A stretch of 64,000 nucleotides of DNA from Candidatus Levyibacteriota bacterium (GCA_039738415.1 JBCLLY010000001.1:53621-117620), one strand, 5' to 3'. Positions 19,508 through 29,105 are shown, counted from the stretch's first letter. The notes: generated by a model not told the origin, from the sequence alone. Numbers and translations: made by a program.

Positions 19508-19693
19508 TTAATACTGTTCCTCTCCCCTGATCTCTTGATTTACATCCGGTGTTGCAAAACTCTGCTCCATCTCAACCACAAAAAATGAAATCATTAGAAC
19601 GGACACGATAAAGAAAAAAAATATTCTTTTCGGATGCGTGAAAAATTGGCTGTTCTGTTTAAAAGATATTAAAATTCTCATGGATATATCCAT
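19508..19693 (-). CDS. small hypothetical membrane protein
   Basis: 61 aa with one hydrophobic helix. Confidence 0.4.
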   Translation of the reverse strand: MDISMRILISFKQNSQFFTHPKRIFFFFIVSVLMISFFVVEMEQSFATPDVNQEIRGEEQY

Positions 19694-19847
19694 TGAATAG
19701 CTTCATTTGAACCTAGTCAAATCGGCTTTCATTTTGCATAATATTGCATATAATTACATAGTATTGTATACTGAAAATTAGAATAATTTTCAGATAGATA
19801 TAATAGTAGAAATACAGTAGATATAAATTGATATTGATATTAAACAA

Positions 19848-20258
19848 ATGGATACGAATAGCAACAACATAAAGGGTAAATATATTCCTTTAGATAAGCT
19901 CGAGATTTATCAGCTTTCACGAGAATTATCGTCTCTCGGATGGAAAGTCTATCAAGTACTTGGAGCGAGAGAAAGAAATATCATGGGTGATCAATTCATT
20001 CGTTCAACTGACTCAGTAGGCGCAAATATTGCTGAGGGTTACAGCAGATTTCACTACTTAGACAGAATAAAATTCTGCTATACCTCGCGTGCGTCGCTTA
20101 TGGAAGCCTCAAATCATTGGCTAGAACTCTTAAAGGAAAGGGGATTAGTTTTAAAAGCAGACTATGATTCTTATATCCTGAATTCGAGACTGTTATCCAT
20201 AAAACTAAATAATTATATAAGCTCTCTTTATAAAACAAGGTCCAAGAATTCACCATGA
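19848..20258 (+). CDS. four helix bundle protein (23S-IVS/Avd-like)
   Basis: LEIYQLS...DQFIRSTDSVGANIAEGYSR...SRASLME. Confidence 0.92.
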   Translation: MDTNSNNIKGKYIPLDKLEIYQLSRELSSLGWKVYQVLGARERNIMGDQFIRSTDSVGANIAEGYSRFHYLDRIKFCYTSRASLMEASNHWLELLKERGLVLKADYDSYILNSRLLSIKLNNYISSLYKTRSKNSP

Positions 20259-20302
20259 ATATCTATGTATCAATGAATTTCAATAGTATATCTTAATTTA
20301 TC

Positions 20303-20578
20303 ATGGATAATTTTTACAACGTAAATCAGGCAGCCTATATCATGAAGGTCCACCCTCTAACTATCAGGAGGTATATCCGGGAGGGCAAGCTAAAGGCTGT
20401 AAAGCTGGGAGGAAATGTAAGAATAAAAGAACGTGATCTTCAATCATTTATGAAAGATTTTGAGCCGAGACAACAGGCAGACACCTTATCATTTAGAAGA
20501 ATTATTCAGCAGAAAGAATTTACAACCGCAGACCCATTCCTCCGACTTAAGGGGCGTGCGGCTACTGTGGAACTTTAA
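20303..20578 (+). CDS. excisionase-type HTH (HTH_17) DNA-binding protein
   Basis: YNVNQAAYIMKVHPLTIRRYIREGKLKAVKLGGNVRI. Confidence 0.9.
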   Translation: MDNFYNVNQAAYIMKVHPLTIRRYIREGKLKAVKLGGNVRIKERDLQSFMKDFEPRQQADTLSFRRIIQQKEFTTADPFLRLKGRAATVEL

Positions 20579-20580
20579 CC

Positions 20581-20664
20581 ATGAATTATGAATAATGAAG
20601 TAAGAAGCATGAAGTAGGAATTATGAAGCATGAAGCAGGAAGCATGAAGTATGAATAATGAAGC
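20581..20664 (+). repeat. heptamer array ATGAAGY-type x12 (includes the start codon of 20651)
   Basis: ATGAATT ATGAATA ATGAAGT AAGAAGC... Confidence 0.92.
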
Positions 20665-21040
20665 AGGGAAGATAAAAAATTTTACCGATCTAAATGCATG
20701 GAAATATAGCCATAGTTTGGTTTTAGAAATTTATGAAATTACCAAGATTTTTCCTAAAGAAGAGCAATTTGGACTCACCAATCAAATAAGAAGAGCAGTC
20801 GTATCAATAAGTTCAAATATTGCTGAGGGATTTAGCAGAACTTCCTATAAAGATAAGTCTCATTTCTATTCAATGGCGTTAGGTTCTTTAACAGAGGTTC
20901 AAAACCAACTTATGATTGCGCGTGATTTAGGATACTTTTCAGTAGAAAAGTTCAATGAGTTAATAAAGGTCAGCATTACGGTAAGTAAACTTTTAAATGG
21001 ACTGCTTAAAAAATCAAAAACCATGATTCGTGACTCATGA
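20651..21040 (+). CDS. four helix bundle protein (23S-IVS/Avd-like)
   Basis: FTDLNAWK...FPKEEQFGLTNQIRRAVVSISSNIAEG...ALGSLTEV. Confidence 0.95.
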   Translation: MNNEAGKIKNFTDLNAWKYSHSLVLEIYEITKIFPKEEQFGLTNQIRRAVVSISSNIAEGFSRTSYKDKSHFYSMALGSLTEVQNQLMIARDLGYFSVEKFNELIKVSITVSKLLNGLLKKSKTMIRDS

Positions 21041-21078
21041 TTCATGATTCGAGTTTAGGATTTAGAATTTAATTAATT

Positions 21079-21501
21079 ATGGCACTATCTAAAAAAGTAA
21101 TACTTGCCCCCGACTCTATCTATGCGTACATAGACCGTGTGTCTGAAAAACACCAGCAGGCGGTAGCATTTTTCCGATATTTTTCACAAGAGCATTACCG
21201 GCTCTTCATTGATTGCGTAAGTCTAAACAAGGTGTACGAGGACATATATCTTAAAATGAGCCAGGATTTGGCAAAGGATTTCATAAAGATTATAAGTGTC
21301 TCAGATATTAATATAGTCTACCCTGATGAAGGAGAAACAAAGGCAGCAATAAAGGCTTTGATTAATTACCGTACGCTTGATTTAACTTTCTCCCAAGCCA
21401 TTCTTTCAGTTGTAGCAAATAGAAGAAGCATTAATCAGGTGGTTACATTCTCTTATTTGCCTCCATTATTTGGTCTGCAAACGTTCTATTTACCGATATA
21501 G
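21079..21501 (+). CDS. PIN-domain-like protein (degenerate)
   Basis: VILAPDSIYAYID...HQQAV...LTFSQAI...VVTF; PIN pattern without most catalytic acids. Confidence 0.65.
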   Translation: MALSKKVILAPDSIYAYIDRVSEKHQQAVAFFRYFSQEHYRLFIDCVSLNKVYEDIYLKMSQDLAKDFIKIISVSDINIVYPDEGETKAAIKALINYRTLDLTFSQAILSVVANRRSINQVVTFSYLPPLFGLQTFYLPI

Positions 21502-21509
21502 AAAGAAGA

Positions 21510-21621
21510 ATGCTTCATTCTTCATACTTCATACTTCCTGATTCATGCTTCATTCTTCATACTTCATACTTCCTGATTCATGCTTCATACTTCATGCTTC
21601 CTGCTTCCTGATTCATACTTC
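21510..21621 (-). repeat. heptamer array x16, reverse complement of the 20581-20664 type
   Basis: ATGCTTC/ATACTTC/ATTCTTC/CTGATTC units. Confidence 0.92.
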
Positions 21622-21809
21622 ATGCTATATATCAAAAGGTTAATTAAGATATCAATATGTATCGTAATAATGCTAGTTTTGTCAGCAACCCCCGCACCCA
21701 CGGGACTTATCGATCGGGGAATTGGGTGCGGGGCAAAAAAACCACAACTAATTATCTAATTCAATTAGAGGATTTTGAAATGCTATTTATTTTGCTATAA
21801 TTACTTATC

Positions 21810-21881
21810 GCCGTCTTAGCTCAGTGGTAGAGCAGCTGTTTTGTAAACAGCAGGTCTAGGGTTCGAATCCCTAAGACGGCT
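21810..21881 (+). tRNA. tRNA-Thr(TGT)
   Basis: GCCGTCT/AGACGGC acceptor, GCTGT-TTTGTAA-ACAGC anticodon arm, GGTTCGAATCC. Confidence 0.96.
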
Positions 21882-21888
21882 CAACAAT

Positions 21889-22107
21889 GTAGAGCATCCC
21901 GCTAAGCGGGACGGGTCGCGAGTTCGAATCTCGCCTCAGGCTCAAATTTTGGCAAGCACGACTTGTACTGGGATAAACAGTCCTTCGACAAGCTCAGGAT
22001 TAGAAACAGGTCTAGGGCTTGCCCCGTATAGCCGCCACCGTGAGGCAAAGACGTAGACTTTGCGAACGGGAAGGTTTATGCGGGGTTCGAATCCCTAAGA
22101 CGGCTCA
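21889..22107 (+). pseudogene. two ghost tRNA 3' fragments interrupted by hairpins
   Basis: 21889-21944 has the anticodon arm replaced by TCCCGCTAAGCGGGA; 21974-22107 has TAAACAG..CAGGTCTAGGG..GGTTCGAATCCCTAAGACGGCTCA. Confidence 0.8.
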
Positions 22108-22141
22108 TAAAATTTTCTGCTAAATGGTACTGAAATTCAAA

Positions 22142-22313
22142 ATGAGATGGGGATATTTTTTAACATCTATCCTTGTTGCTGTTATTGTTGGTGTAGTATC
22201 TGGAATTATTGTTGATGGAGAAGATTGGAGAATATACTTACTTGCCGGAGGAGTTTACCCTGAGTAAAACCGAAGGGCTGGGACTGATTTTCTGGAAAAT
22301 CTTTATAAATTAA
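22142..22313 (+). pseudogene. small membrane protein gene frameshifted by a 22-bp REP-like insert
   Basis: removing 22256-22277 restores MRWGYFLTSILVAVIVGVVSGIIVDGEDWRIYLLAGGV-LGLIFWKIFIN. Confidence 0.5.
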
Positions 22314-22374
22314 GGCTTGCTCAATTCTTTAAGATATCTTGACGCTTAAACGGCATTAACTGACTAAGAAGTCC

Positions 22375-22405
22375 TTGACATGAGGTGGGGGGGGGAGTGT
22401 TTAAT
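22375..22405 (+). promoter_or_regulatory. sigma70 promoter with G9 tract in the spacer
   Basis: TTGACA-N19 (G9 at 22387-22395)-TTTAAT. Confidence 0.65.
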
Positions 22406-22414
22406 ATATATTAT

Positions 22415-23527
22415 ATGAGAGTTTTTCTGCCTAAAAGATCAAAGAAATCAATTTCGGTCATAGGGTTGATCGTAGTATTAATAAACCTTATGGTATTACC
22501 TCTTTTTGTAAGTCAAGTTGATGCCGGAACTTTTACCAGCCGTACAGTAACCATCTCTGACTCACGGGCAGGAAACACCGGCACAACGTATGATTTTGCC
22601 TTTACCGTTGTCGCAACCACAGCAATCAAGCAGTGGAACATTAAGTTTTGTACTGTTACAGGAGCCTACGATGACGCTTGCACAACACCAACCGGAATTG
22701 TAACAACCGGCGCAGCCATCGGATCAGACAACGTAACCGGCTCCGGCAGAACTAACACGTTTGGAGGAAACGGTGTTTTACAAACAGTTGTTACCACTCC
22801 TTCTACCCAAAGCCCGACAGGGGTTACTGTTTCTTACACCGGAATCACAAACCCAACAACAGCCGATACCACCTTCTTTGCCCGTATCATTACATATTCA
22901 GATCCGGGAACAACAGAGATTGACAGTGGGACAGTTGCCGCTGCCATTTTAACCTCCACCTCAATTGCCGTAACTGCCGCCATTGACTCAGCGCTTACTT
23001 TTACTGTGGCAGCTGTCAATAGCGGAGGAACCGTCAATGGAGCAACCACCAATATTACCACCACTGCTATCCTCATTCCTTTTGGGACGCTTTCTTCCGG
23101 TTCAACCAAAATTGCCGCTCATGACTTGACAGTGGAAACAAATGCTTCTGGCGGATACACGACCACTGTCAAGGCAACCGCTACTCCACCTTTAGTTAAT
23201 GGCTCAAATAATATTGATGTCTTTACCGGTGCTAATTCAAATCCAACAATTTGGAGTTCACCGGGTGGTACTGCCAACTCTGTTAATACCGGATTCTTTG
23301 GGTATACCACCAATGATGCGACTCTAGGCACAGGCACAGCCGACAGATTTACAGATACGGGTAATGAGTGGGCCGGAACTACCACCTCTCCTTTAGAGGT
23401 TGCCTTTTCCGCAACCGGTGCTTCTTCAGAGACAACAAGGGTAGGCTGGCAAGCTGAGGTTAACAGCATCCAAGCCGCAGGATCATATACCGGAACTGTT
23501 ATTTTAACGACTACGCCAACGTATTAA
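22415..23527 (+). CDS. secreted Thr/Gly-rich WxL/pilin-like protein, copy A
   Basis: signal peptide, beta-rich body, TNASGGY, C-terminal AGSYTGTVILTTTPTY. Confidence 0.8.
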   Translation: MRVFLPKRSKKSISVIGLIVVLINLMVLPLFVSQVDAGTFTSRTVTISDSRAGNTGTTYDFAFTVVATTAIKQWNIKFCTVTGAYDDACTTPTGIVTTGAAIGSDNVTGSGRTNTFGGNGVLQTVVTTPSTQSPTGVTVSYTGITNPTTADTTFFARIITYSDPGTTEIDSGTVAAAILTSTSIAVTAAIDSALTFTVAAVNSGGTVNGATTNITTTAILIPFGTLSSGSTKIAAHDLTVETNASGGYTTTVKATATPPLVNGSNNIDVFTGANSNPTIWSSPGGTANSVNTGFFGYTTNDATLGTGTADRFTDTGNEWAGTTTSPLEVAFSATGASSETTRVGWQAEVNSIQAAGSYTGTVILTTTPTY

Positions 23528-23640
23528 CTACGCGTACTATCAGAAAGATCACCAAGCAATTCTAGAACCTTATCCCTGAAGAAACCATAATCATAGCGGA
23601 GAAACTGTATACTATGTGTTGGACACCGTACAAGAAGTCC

Positions 23641-23669
23641 TTGACATGGAGTGAGGGGGAGTGTTTAAT
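23641..23669 (+). promoter_or_regulatory. sigma70 promoter of copy B
   Basis: TTGACA-N17-TTTAAT, 9 nt before ATG 23679. Confidence 0.65.
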
Positions 23670-23678
23670 ATATACTAT

Positions 23679-24791
23679 ATGAGAGTTTTTCTGCCTAAAA
23701 GATCAAAGAAATCAATTTTGGCCATAGGGTTGATGGTAGTATTAATAAACCTTATGGTATTACCTCTTTTTGTAGGTAAAGCCAATGCCGACACCCTCAC
23801 AACCCGCAATCTAACCATCTCTGACTCACGGGCAGGAAACACCGGCACAACGTATGATTTTGCCTTTACCGTTGTCGCAACCACAGGAATCAAGCAGTGG
23901 AATATTAAGTTCTGTACTGCTGCGGGAGCCTACGCTGACGCTTGCACAACACCAACCGGAATTGTAACAACCGGCGCAGCCATCGGATCAGACAACGTAA
24001 CCGGCTCCGGCAGAACTAACACGTTTGGAGGAAACGGTGTTTTACAAACAGTTGTTACCACTCCTTCTACCCAAAGCCCGACAGAGGTTACTGTTTCTTA
24101 CACCGGAATCACAAACCCAACAACAACGGATACCACCTTCTTTGCCCGTATCATTACATATTCAGATCCGGGAACAACAGAGATTGACAGTGGGACAGTT
24201 GCCGCTGCCATTCTCACCACCACCTCAATAGCCGTAACTGCCGCCGTTGACCCAGCGCTTACCTTTACTGTAGCTGCTGTCAATTCCGGAACCGTCAATG
24301 GAGCAACCATCAATGTGACGACTTCAACTGCCGTCCTTATTCCTTTTGGGACGCTTTCTTCCGGTTCAACCAAAATTGCCGCTCATGACTTGACAGTGGA
24401 AACAAATGCTTCTGGCGGATACACGACTACTGTCAAGGCAACCGCTACTCCACCTTTAGTTGATGGCTCAAATAATATTGATGTCTTTACCGGTGCTAAT
24501 TCAAATCCAACAATTTGGAGTTCACCGGGTGGTACTGCCAACTCTGTTAATACCGGATTCTTTGGGTATACCACCAATGATGCGACTCTAGGCACAGGCA
24601 CAGCCGACAGATTTACAGATACGGGTAATGAGTGGGCCGGAACTACCACCTCTCCTTTAGAGGTTGCCTTTTCCGCAACCGGTGTTTCTTCAGAGATAAC
24701 AAGGGTAGGCTGGCAGGCTGAGGTCAACAGCATCCAAGCCCCAGGATCATATACCGGAACTGTTATTTTAACGACTACGCCAACATATTAA
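23679..24791 (+). CDS. secreted Thr/Gly-rich WxL/pilin-like protein, copy B (tandem duplicate)
   Basis: nearly identical to 22415-23527 at DNA and protein level. Confidence 0.8.
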   Translation: MRVFLPKRSKKSILAIGLMVVLINLMVLPLFVGKANADTLTTRNLTISDSRAGNTGTTYDFAFTVVATTGIKQWNIKFCTAAGAYADACTTPTGIVTTGAAIGSDNVTGSGRTNTFGGNGVLQTVVTTPSTQSPTEVTVSYTGITNPTTTDTTFFARIITYSDPGTTEIDSGTVAAAILTTTSIAVTAAVDPALTFTVAAVNSGTVNGATINVTTSTAVLIPFGTLSSGSTKIAAHDLTVETNASGGYTTTVKATATPPLVDGSNNIDVFTGANSNPTIWSSPGGTANSVNTGFFGYTTNDATLGTGTADRFTDTGNEWAGTTTSPLEVAFSATGVSSEITRVGWQAEVNSIQAPGSYTGTVILTTTPTY

Positions 24792-24808
24792 GCTAAAAAA
24801 AATTAAAA

Positions 24809-25762
24809 ATGAAAAATTCAAAGTTCAAAATGTTTAGCAAAACTCTTAATCAGAATAAACTGGTAGTAATTGCCTCTTTAGTCGCATCAACTTTGTTCTT
24901 ATCTGTTTTTCTAGGCTTCACGCTCGCTCAAAATACTGTTTCCAGCCAGTCTCTTGAGGTTTCTCCTCCATCACAAGAACTAAGAGCAGATCCCGGGCAG
25001 ACTATTACTGCAAAAGCAAAGGTGAGAAACAAGAGCGCGGAGAGCATAAACATTAAGGTTAGAATTGAAGATTTTACAGCAATTGGTGAGGAAGGACAGG
25101 TGGCTTTAATAGAGAAAGGCCCACAATCTTTAACTTCCTGGACTGTTGTTGAATCGGACACTTTTCCTTTAAAGCCCGGTGAGGCGAAAGAGGTTATCGC
25201 CAAAATTAGCGTACCCAAAGAAGCAGCCGGTGGCAAATATGGTTCTTTTGTCTTTTCAATCGGCGGGGAGGAGGCAGCTCCAGGTACTGCTGCCATTGCT
25301 CAAGAACTGGCCTCTCTTTTTTTAATCAGGATTTCCGGGCCAGTCAGCGAACAATTAACCATAGCCGAGTTTAAAGCACCTGCCTTTTTGGAGTTTGGGC
25401 CCGTCCCCTTTACCCTAAAGTTTCAAAACTCCGGTAATGTCCATGTCAAACCATTTGGGCTTATTAATATCACGGATGTTTTCGGCCGCGTGGTTAAAGA
25501 TGTAGTCGTAAGAGGTGAGACCAATATATTTCCAGGGGCATCAAGAATAGTGACAGTAAGCTACGATGAAAAACTGCTCCTTGGACCATACAAAGCCCAG
25601 GCAGTCTTAAATTTTGGCAGCAAGAATGAATCGATAACTGCCACCACCACTTTCTTTGTTTTTCCGGTTAGAATAGCTGCTGCTGTTCTTCTGGTTCTGT
25701 TCGTCCTTTACATTTCCAGGAAAAGGTTGGTTAAATCTATCAAAGCCTTGTCTGGAAAATGA
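24809..25762 (+). CDS. DUF916/DUF3324-like (WxL-interacting, chaperone-like) membrane-anchored protein
   Basis: VSPP...PG, VPKEAAGGKYG, NSGNVHVKP.G...D.FG, GPYKA, C-terminal TM plus basic tail. Confidence 0.75.
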   Translation: MKNSKFKMFSKTLNQNKLVVIASLVASTLFLSVFLGFTLAQNTVSSQSLEVSPPSQELRADPGQTITAKAKVRNKSAESINIKVRIEDFTAIGEEGQVALIEKGPQSLTSWTVVESDTFPLKPGEAKEVIAKISVPKEAAGGKYGSFVFSIGGEEAAPGTAAIAQELASLFLIRISGPVSEQLTIAEFKAPAFLEFGPVPFTLKFQNSGNVHVKPFGLINITDVFGRVVKDVVVRGETNIFPGASRIVTVSYDEKLLLGPYKAQAVLNFGSKNESITATTTFFVFPVRIAAAVLLVLFVLYISRKRLVKSIKALSGK

Positions 25763-25773
25763 TACAATCGCGA

Positions 25774-25918
25774 ATTTCGCAGTTGTCATTCTGGGGACTC
25801 AGAGCGAAGCGTGGAGGACTCCAGAATCTAATCAGATACGGATTCTGGACACCTGCCCGCAGATGCTGCGCATCAAGCGTTGCAGGCGGGAGCCAGAATG
25901 ACGGGGAAGTGCGAAACT
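25774..25918. repeat. nested REP-like palindromic element
   Basis: GTCATTCTGG...CCAGAATGAC (25785-25902) containing CCTGCCCGC...GCAGGCGGG, inside TTTCGCA...TGCGAAA. Confidence 0.8.
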
Positions 25919-25935
25919 TGTAACAATGTTAATTA

Positions 25936-26343
25936 ATGAAACGCTCAAAATTACTATTTCTTATTATCCTCGCGGCAAGCGCAGGATTTGCACTACGCTG
26001 GCTGATTACAAATTTACAAACCAAGCCTGATATAAGTTTAATCCTGCAACAAAATGTAACGGGAGAACAGACCACTGCCGATCAGTTTATCACCTATATA
26101 GACTATGATGGCACTGAGTTTAAACCGGCAGCAGTCACTGTTAAAAAAGGCAACTATATTGCCATTACCAATCAGAGTAAAGATAAGCAGATGTGGCTGG
26201 TGTCTGATAATGCGGATTTAAATACAAAAAGGGGTTATGGGGAAGGTGAGAGGTTGCAACTTACTCTACTCAAAGAGGGTCGTTACATTGTAACCAACAG
26301 GCTTGATACAAAAGCCTCCATAGAAATTGTTGTTGAGCCTTAA
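25936..26343 (+). CDS. membrane-anchored cupredoxin-like fold protein
   Basis: FKPAAVTVKKGNYIAITN...GRYIVTN; Cu ligands not evident. Confidence 0.6.
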   Translation: MKRSKLLFLIILAASAGFALRWLITNLQTKPDISLILQQNVTGEQTTADQFITYIDYDGTEFKPAAVTVKKGNYIAITNQSKDKQMWLVSDNADLNTKRGYGEGERLQLTLLKEGRYIVTNRLDTKASIEIVVEP

Positions 26344-26378
26344 CTTTTCCTGTATAATACCCAAACCTATCCTAAAAT

Positions 26379-26900
26379 ATGGCCCAGAGATTAGTTTTAA
26401 CCCTAGTATTTATTACCTTACTCCTCATTCTTACTACAAGCCTGGTGGAGGCACAAGTATTAAGCGTCACTGCTACAGTACCTGTATCTGATGTTTGGGC
26501 AGAGGCTATTGTTAAAAATTCCAAGGTTCTTTCTGTTTGGGACGGACAAGAACTGTCTTATTTTGTTAGAGTCATAGGTCTAGATTATGAAATACTGGAC
26601 AATCATAAAGTCCAACTCCAGGTCTTTTTAGATGATCAACTGGTTACAGCCTTAACCCAAGAGTCTAAAGATTTTACTAAGTTTTCATTTATCCCCAAAG
26701 AAGAAGGTCGATACCACCTTATTTTCACCGATATCACTTGGGATCGTCACATAGAGCTGAAAGAATTAGAATTTGATCAGCCTCGTATTAAGATTTTCAA
26801 TGCTTTAGATACCTTTTTTCTATTGAGTAGTATGTATATTGATGAGAGCGTTCCTAATATTATCAGAACAGCCTTCGTAACAGGAAAACCAACAAAATGA
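26379..26900 (+). CDS. secreted hypothetical protein
   Basis: signal peptide then VLSVTATVP; 3' end overlaps the convergent gene. Confidence 0.6.
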   Translation: MAQRLVLTLVFITLLLILTTSLVEAQVLSVTATVPVSDVWAEAIVKNSKVLSVWDGQELSYFVRVIGLDYEILDNHKVQLQVFLDDQLVTALTQESKDFTKFSFIPKEEGRYHLIFTDITWDRHIELKELEFDQPRIKIFNALDTFFLLSSMYIDESVPNIIRTAFVTGKPTK

Positions 26901-27784
26901 GTTGTGGAATAGATGTAGTCGCCGTTTTCCAGTGAAACTGCAAGCGTAGCTGTATAGATTCCGCCGTAAAGATTGGGAATATCAAAAGCTCTTTGCCAGC
27001 GCCTGATCTTGCCTGGCAAAATAGTTTTTTCCTCCAGTTCAAAGGTTTGTTCTTCTCCGAATAATGGTTTAATAGTTAGAGCTGGTTTGGCACTGAAATA
27101 GTTAAGAGAAGTATTTTTGATCCTGATAGTTGCTCCGATAGGACCCCTTTCATAAATCTTATGGTCAAAATCAAAGGTGACAATTTCAGCCTTATTTTTT
27201 TGATCTTGTACTCCAATATTCGCCAAAGCCAACACCCCTATTTTAGAGCTAACCGGTACGCCTGGGAAGATAGGGGTAAAAAAGATCATGGCATAATAAC
27301 CGCCTAGTGGTACCTTATCAGGCACAGTAATTTGGATAGTAAAATCCTTTGCGGTTTTAGCTGGCAAGATGGCATCTTGGTCGCTGAGGGAAATCCAATC
27401 CATCAGTGGGGAAGCAATGTTTTCTTCAGATATTGTAATACCGTATTCCTCATCAGAGGCGTCAAAGCCTTCAACCGAGGCTCTTAGCGGTAAGGGAGCA
27501 TCAAGCAGGTTTTCTATTTTAACTTGATAATTTTGTTTTGTTCCCGGATCTAACTTCACTTTCAGGATAACCGGAGAAACACGAATCATTTGCTTAACAT
27601 GGGGCTGAACTTTTTCTAAAGCTATCGCTCTATTACTTAATATACTAAAACATATAGCAATAGTTAAAAGTGCACCTGCCCGCAATGCTAGCGCAAGCGT
27701 TGCCCGCCGGCATGCCTTTGGCAATGCCAATGGCGGCCAGGCAGGCGGGAGGTTAAAAGTTAGATACTTCTTCATAATTTTCAA
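26777..27784 (-). CDS. DUF916/DUF3324-like protein
   Basis: VSPVI...PG, VPDKVPLGGYYA, ILPGKIR, GIYTA, C-terminal TM; REP-derived insert in the N-terminus. Confidence 0.75.
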   Translation of the reverse strand: MKIMKKYLTFNLPPAWPPLALPKACRRATLALALRAGALLTIAICFSILSNRAIALEKVQPHVKQMIRVSPVILKVKLDPGTKQNYQVKIENLLDAPLPLRASVEGFDASDEEYGITISEENIASPLMDWISLSDQDAILPAKTAKDFTIQITVPDKVPLGGYYAMIFFTPIFPGVPVSSKIGVLALANIGVQDQKNKAEIVTFDFDHKIYERGPIGATIRIKNTSLNYFSAKPALTIKPLFGEEQTFELEEKTILPGKIRRWQRAFDIPNLYGGIYTATLAVSLENGDYIYSTTHFVGFPVTKAVLIILGTLSSIYILLNRKKVSKALKILIRG

Positions 27785-27797
27785 TTTTTAATTTCTA

Positions 27798-28048
27798 ATG
27801 AGATTGCCACGCTCCATTTCATTCCGCTCGCAATGACAGTAAGTGCGAAAGTTGCCTTTCATAGTCGTCATTGCGATCCGCCAGCTGGCGGATCCTCGCA
27901 ATGACGGGTAAACTCATGATCGCAATGACGAGAGAAGGGAATTGTTTTTTAAAGTCTTGATTGTTCATAATTTTGCACTTTGAATTCAAACTTTTAACTT
28001 TTAACTTTTAACTTTTTCAGCCAGAGGCTGATCCGCCTTTGGCGGAAA
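27798..28048. repeat. REP-like palindromes plus AACTTTT heptamers
   Basis: GAGATTGCCAC...CGCAATGAC, CCGCCAGCTGGCGG, TCCGCCTTTGGCGGA. Confidence 0.7.
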
Positions 28049-28049
28049 C

Positions 28050-29105
28050 TTAATACACCGGTACTACTACATAGACAACAGTATTAGTATAACTTCCTGC
28101 TCTGGTAGCAGAATCTCCTGTAACACGGTAAGTTATTGTAAATTGCTCGTTTGTTACAGTTGGATCCTCAATAACAGCCGTATGATCTGCTATCGGATCT
28201 CCAGGCGCTGATGTAGTAAATCCTGCATGTTTTGGCCCTCCAGTGGTAAACCTGTCTGCTGTGCCTCCCGCCAGATTATTATCATCAGTTGTATAACCAA
28301 AACCGGTTCCCGACCAGACAGCAGGGGCGGAATTAGGACTTGCAAAAGCTGGGATAGTATTTGATCCAGAGGTTAAAAGTCCTGTATTTCGACCATATAT
28401 AGTATAACCGTTATAGGCATTAGTCGAGGTGGTTAAAACTGTTGTTTTGGCACTGTCGGTAAAAGAGTTTCCGGAATTGAGGTTGGCAAAGGTGAGAGTT
28501 GCCGAGGATATGCCAAAAGTAAGCGAGGGGTTAGAAGTGGCAATGGCAGCAGATTCAGGTCCATACCCGCTTTCAGTAAAATTGCCCCTTTTGGCCTTCC
28601 CTTTTATCTCATAAGTAGTGTTGGCGTTCAGGGTTCTGACAAATTCACCCGTTGCCCCACCCCAGTCAGTATAGGTTTGCCAATCCTCTGTTCCTAAAAC
28701 TGTACCAACAGTATTATCATTTTGAACGTATTTAGTAGTAACAAAATCATCATCAGAGATAGCAATAGCAAATAAGGCGTCCGTGGGGTTACTCCCATTA
28801 TCGATAACGAACTTAAGCCTGTCATAATTGGTGGCCGGATTGGACAAAGTTGGCACTGGCGGAACATTGGCCTGCATAGTAAAGATTAACCCTGTACCAG
28901 CCTTAAAGCTTGTCGAACTTAATTGTCCAAACTCCAATTCCCCTGCTACCCCGAATAAGGAAAAATTAGTCGAATTAAAACCATCCGTTCCCCCACTGCC
29001 AAAAGTATAGTCTTTTAATTCGTAGTTAGTGCTGGTCGGCCCGGCAAAAACAGATAGAGGAAAGATTAATACAATTATAAAGAGTAAGATCAGTAGTTTA
29101 GCCAT
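28050..29105 (-). CDS. secreted WxL/pilin-like protein
   Basis: signal peptide; STNAYNGY, GFGYTTDD...TADRFT shared with copies A/B; C-terminal AGSYTNTVVYVVVPVY. Confidence 0.78.
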   Translation of the reverse strand: MAKLLILLFIIVLIFPLSVFAGPTSTNYELKDYTFGSGGTDGFNSTNFSLFGVAGELEFGQLSSTSFKAGTGLIFTMQANVPPVPTLSNPATNYDRLKFVIDNGSNPTDALFAIAISDDDFVTTKYVQNDNTVGTVLGTEDWQTYTDWGGATGEFVRTLNANTTYEIKGKAKRGNFTESGYGPESAAIATSNPSLTFGISSATLTFANLNSGNSFTDSAKTTVLTTSTNAYNGYTIYGRNTGLLTSGSNTIPAFASPNSAPAVWSGTGFGYTTDDNNLAGGTADRFTTGGPKHAGFTTSAPGDPIADHTAVIEDPTVTNEQFTITYRVTGDSATRAGSYTNTVVYVVVPVY

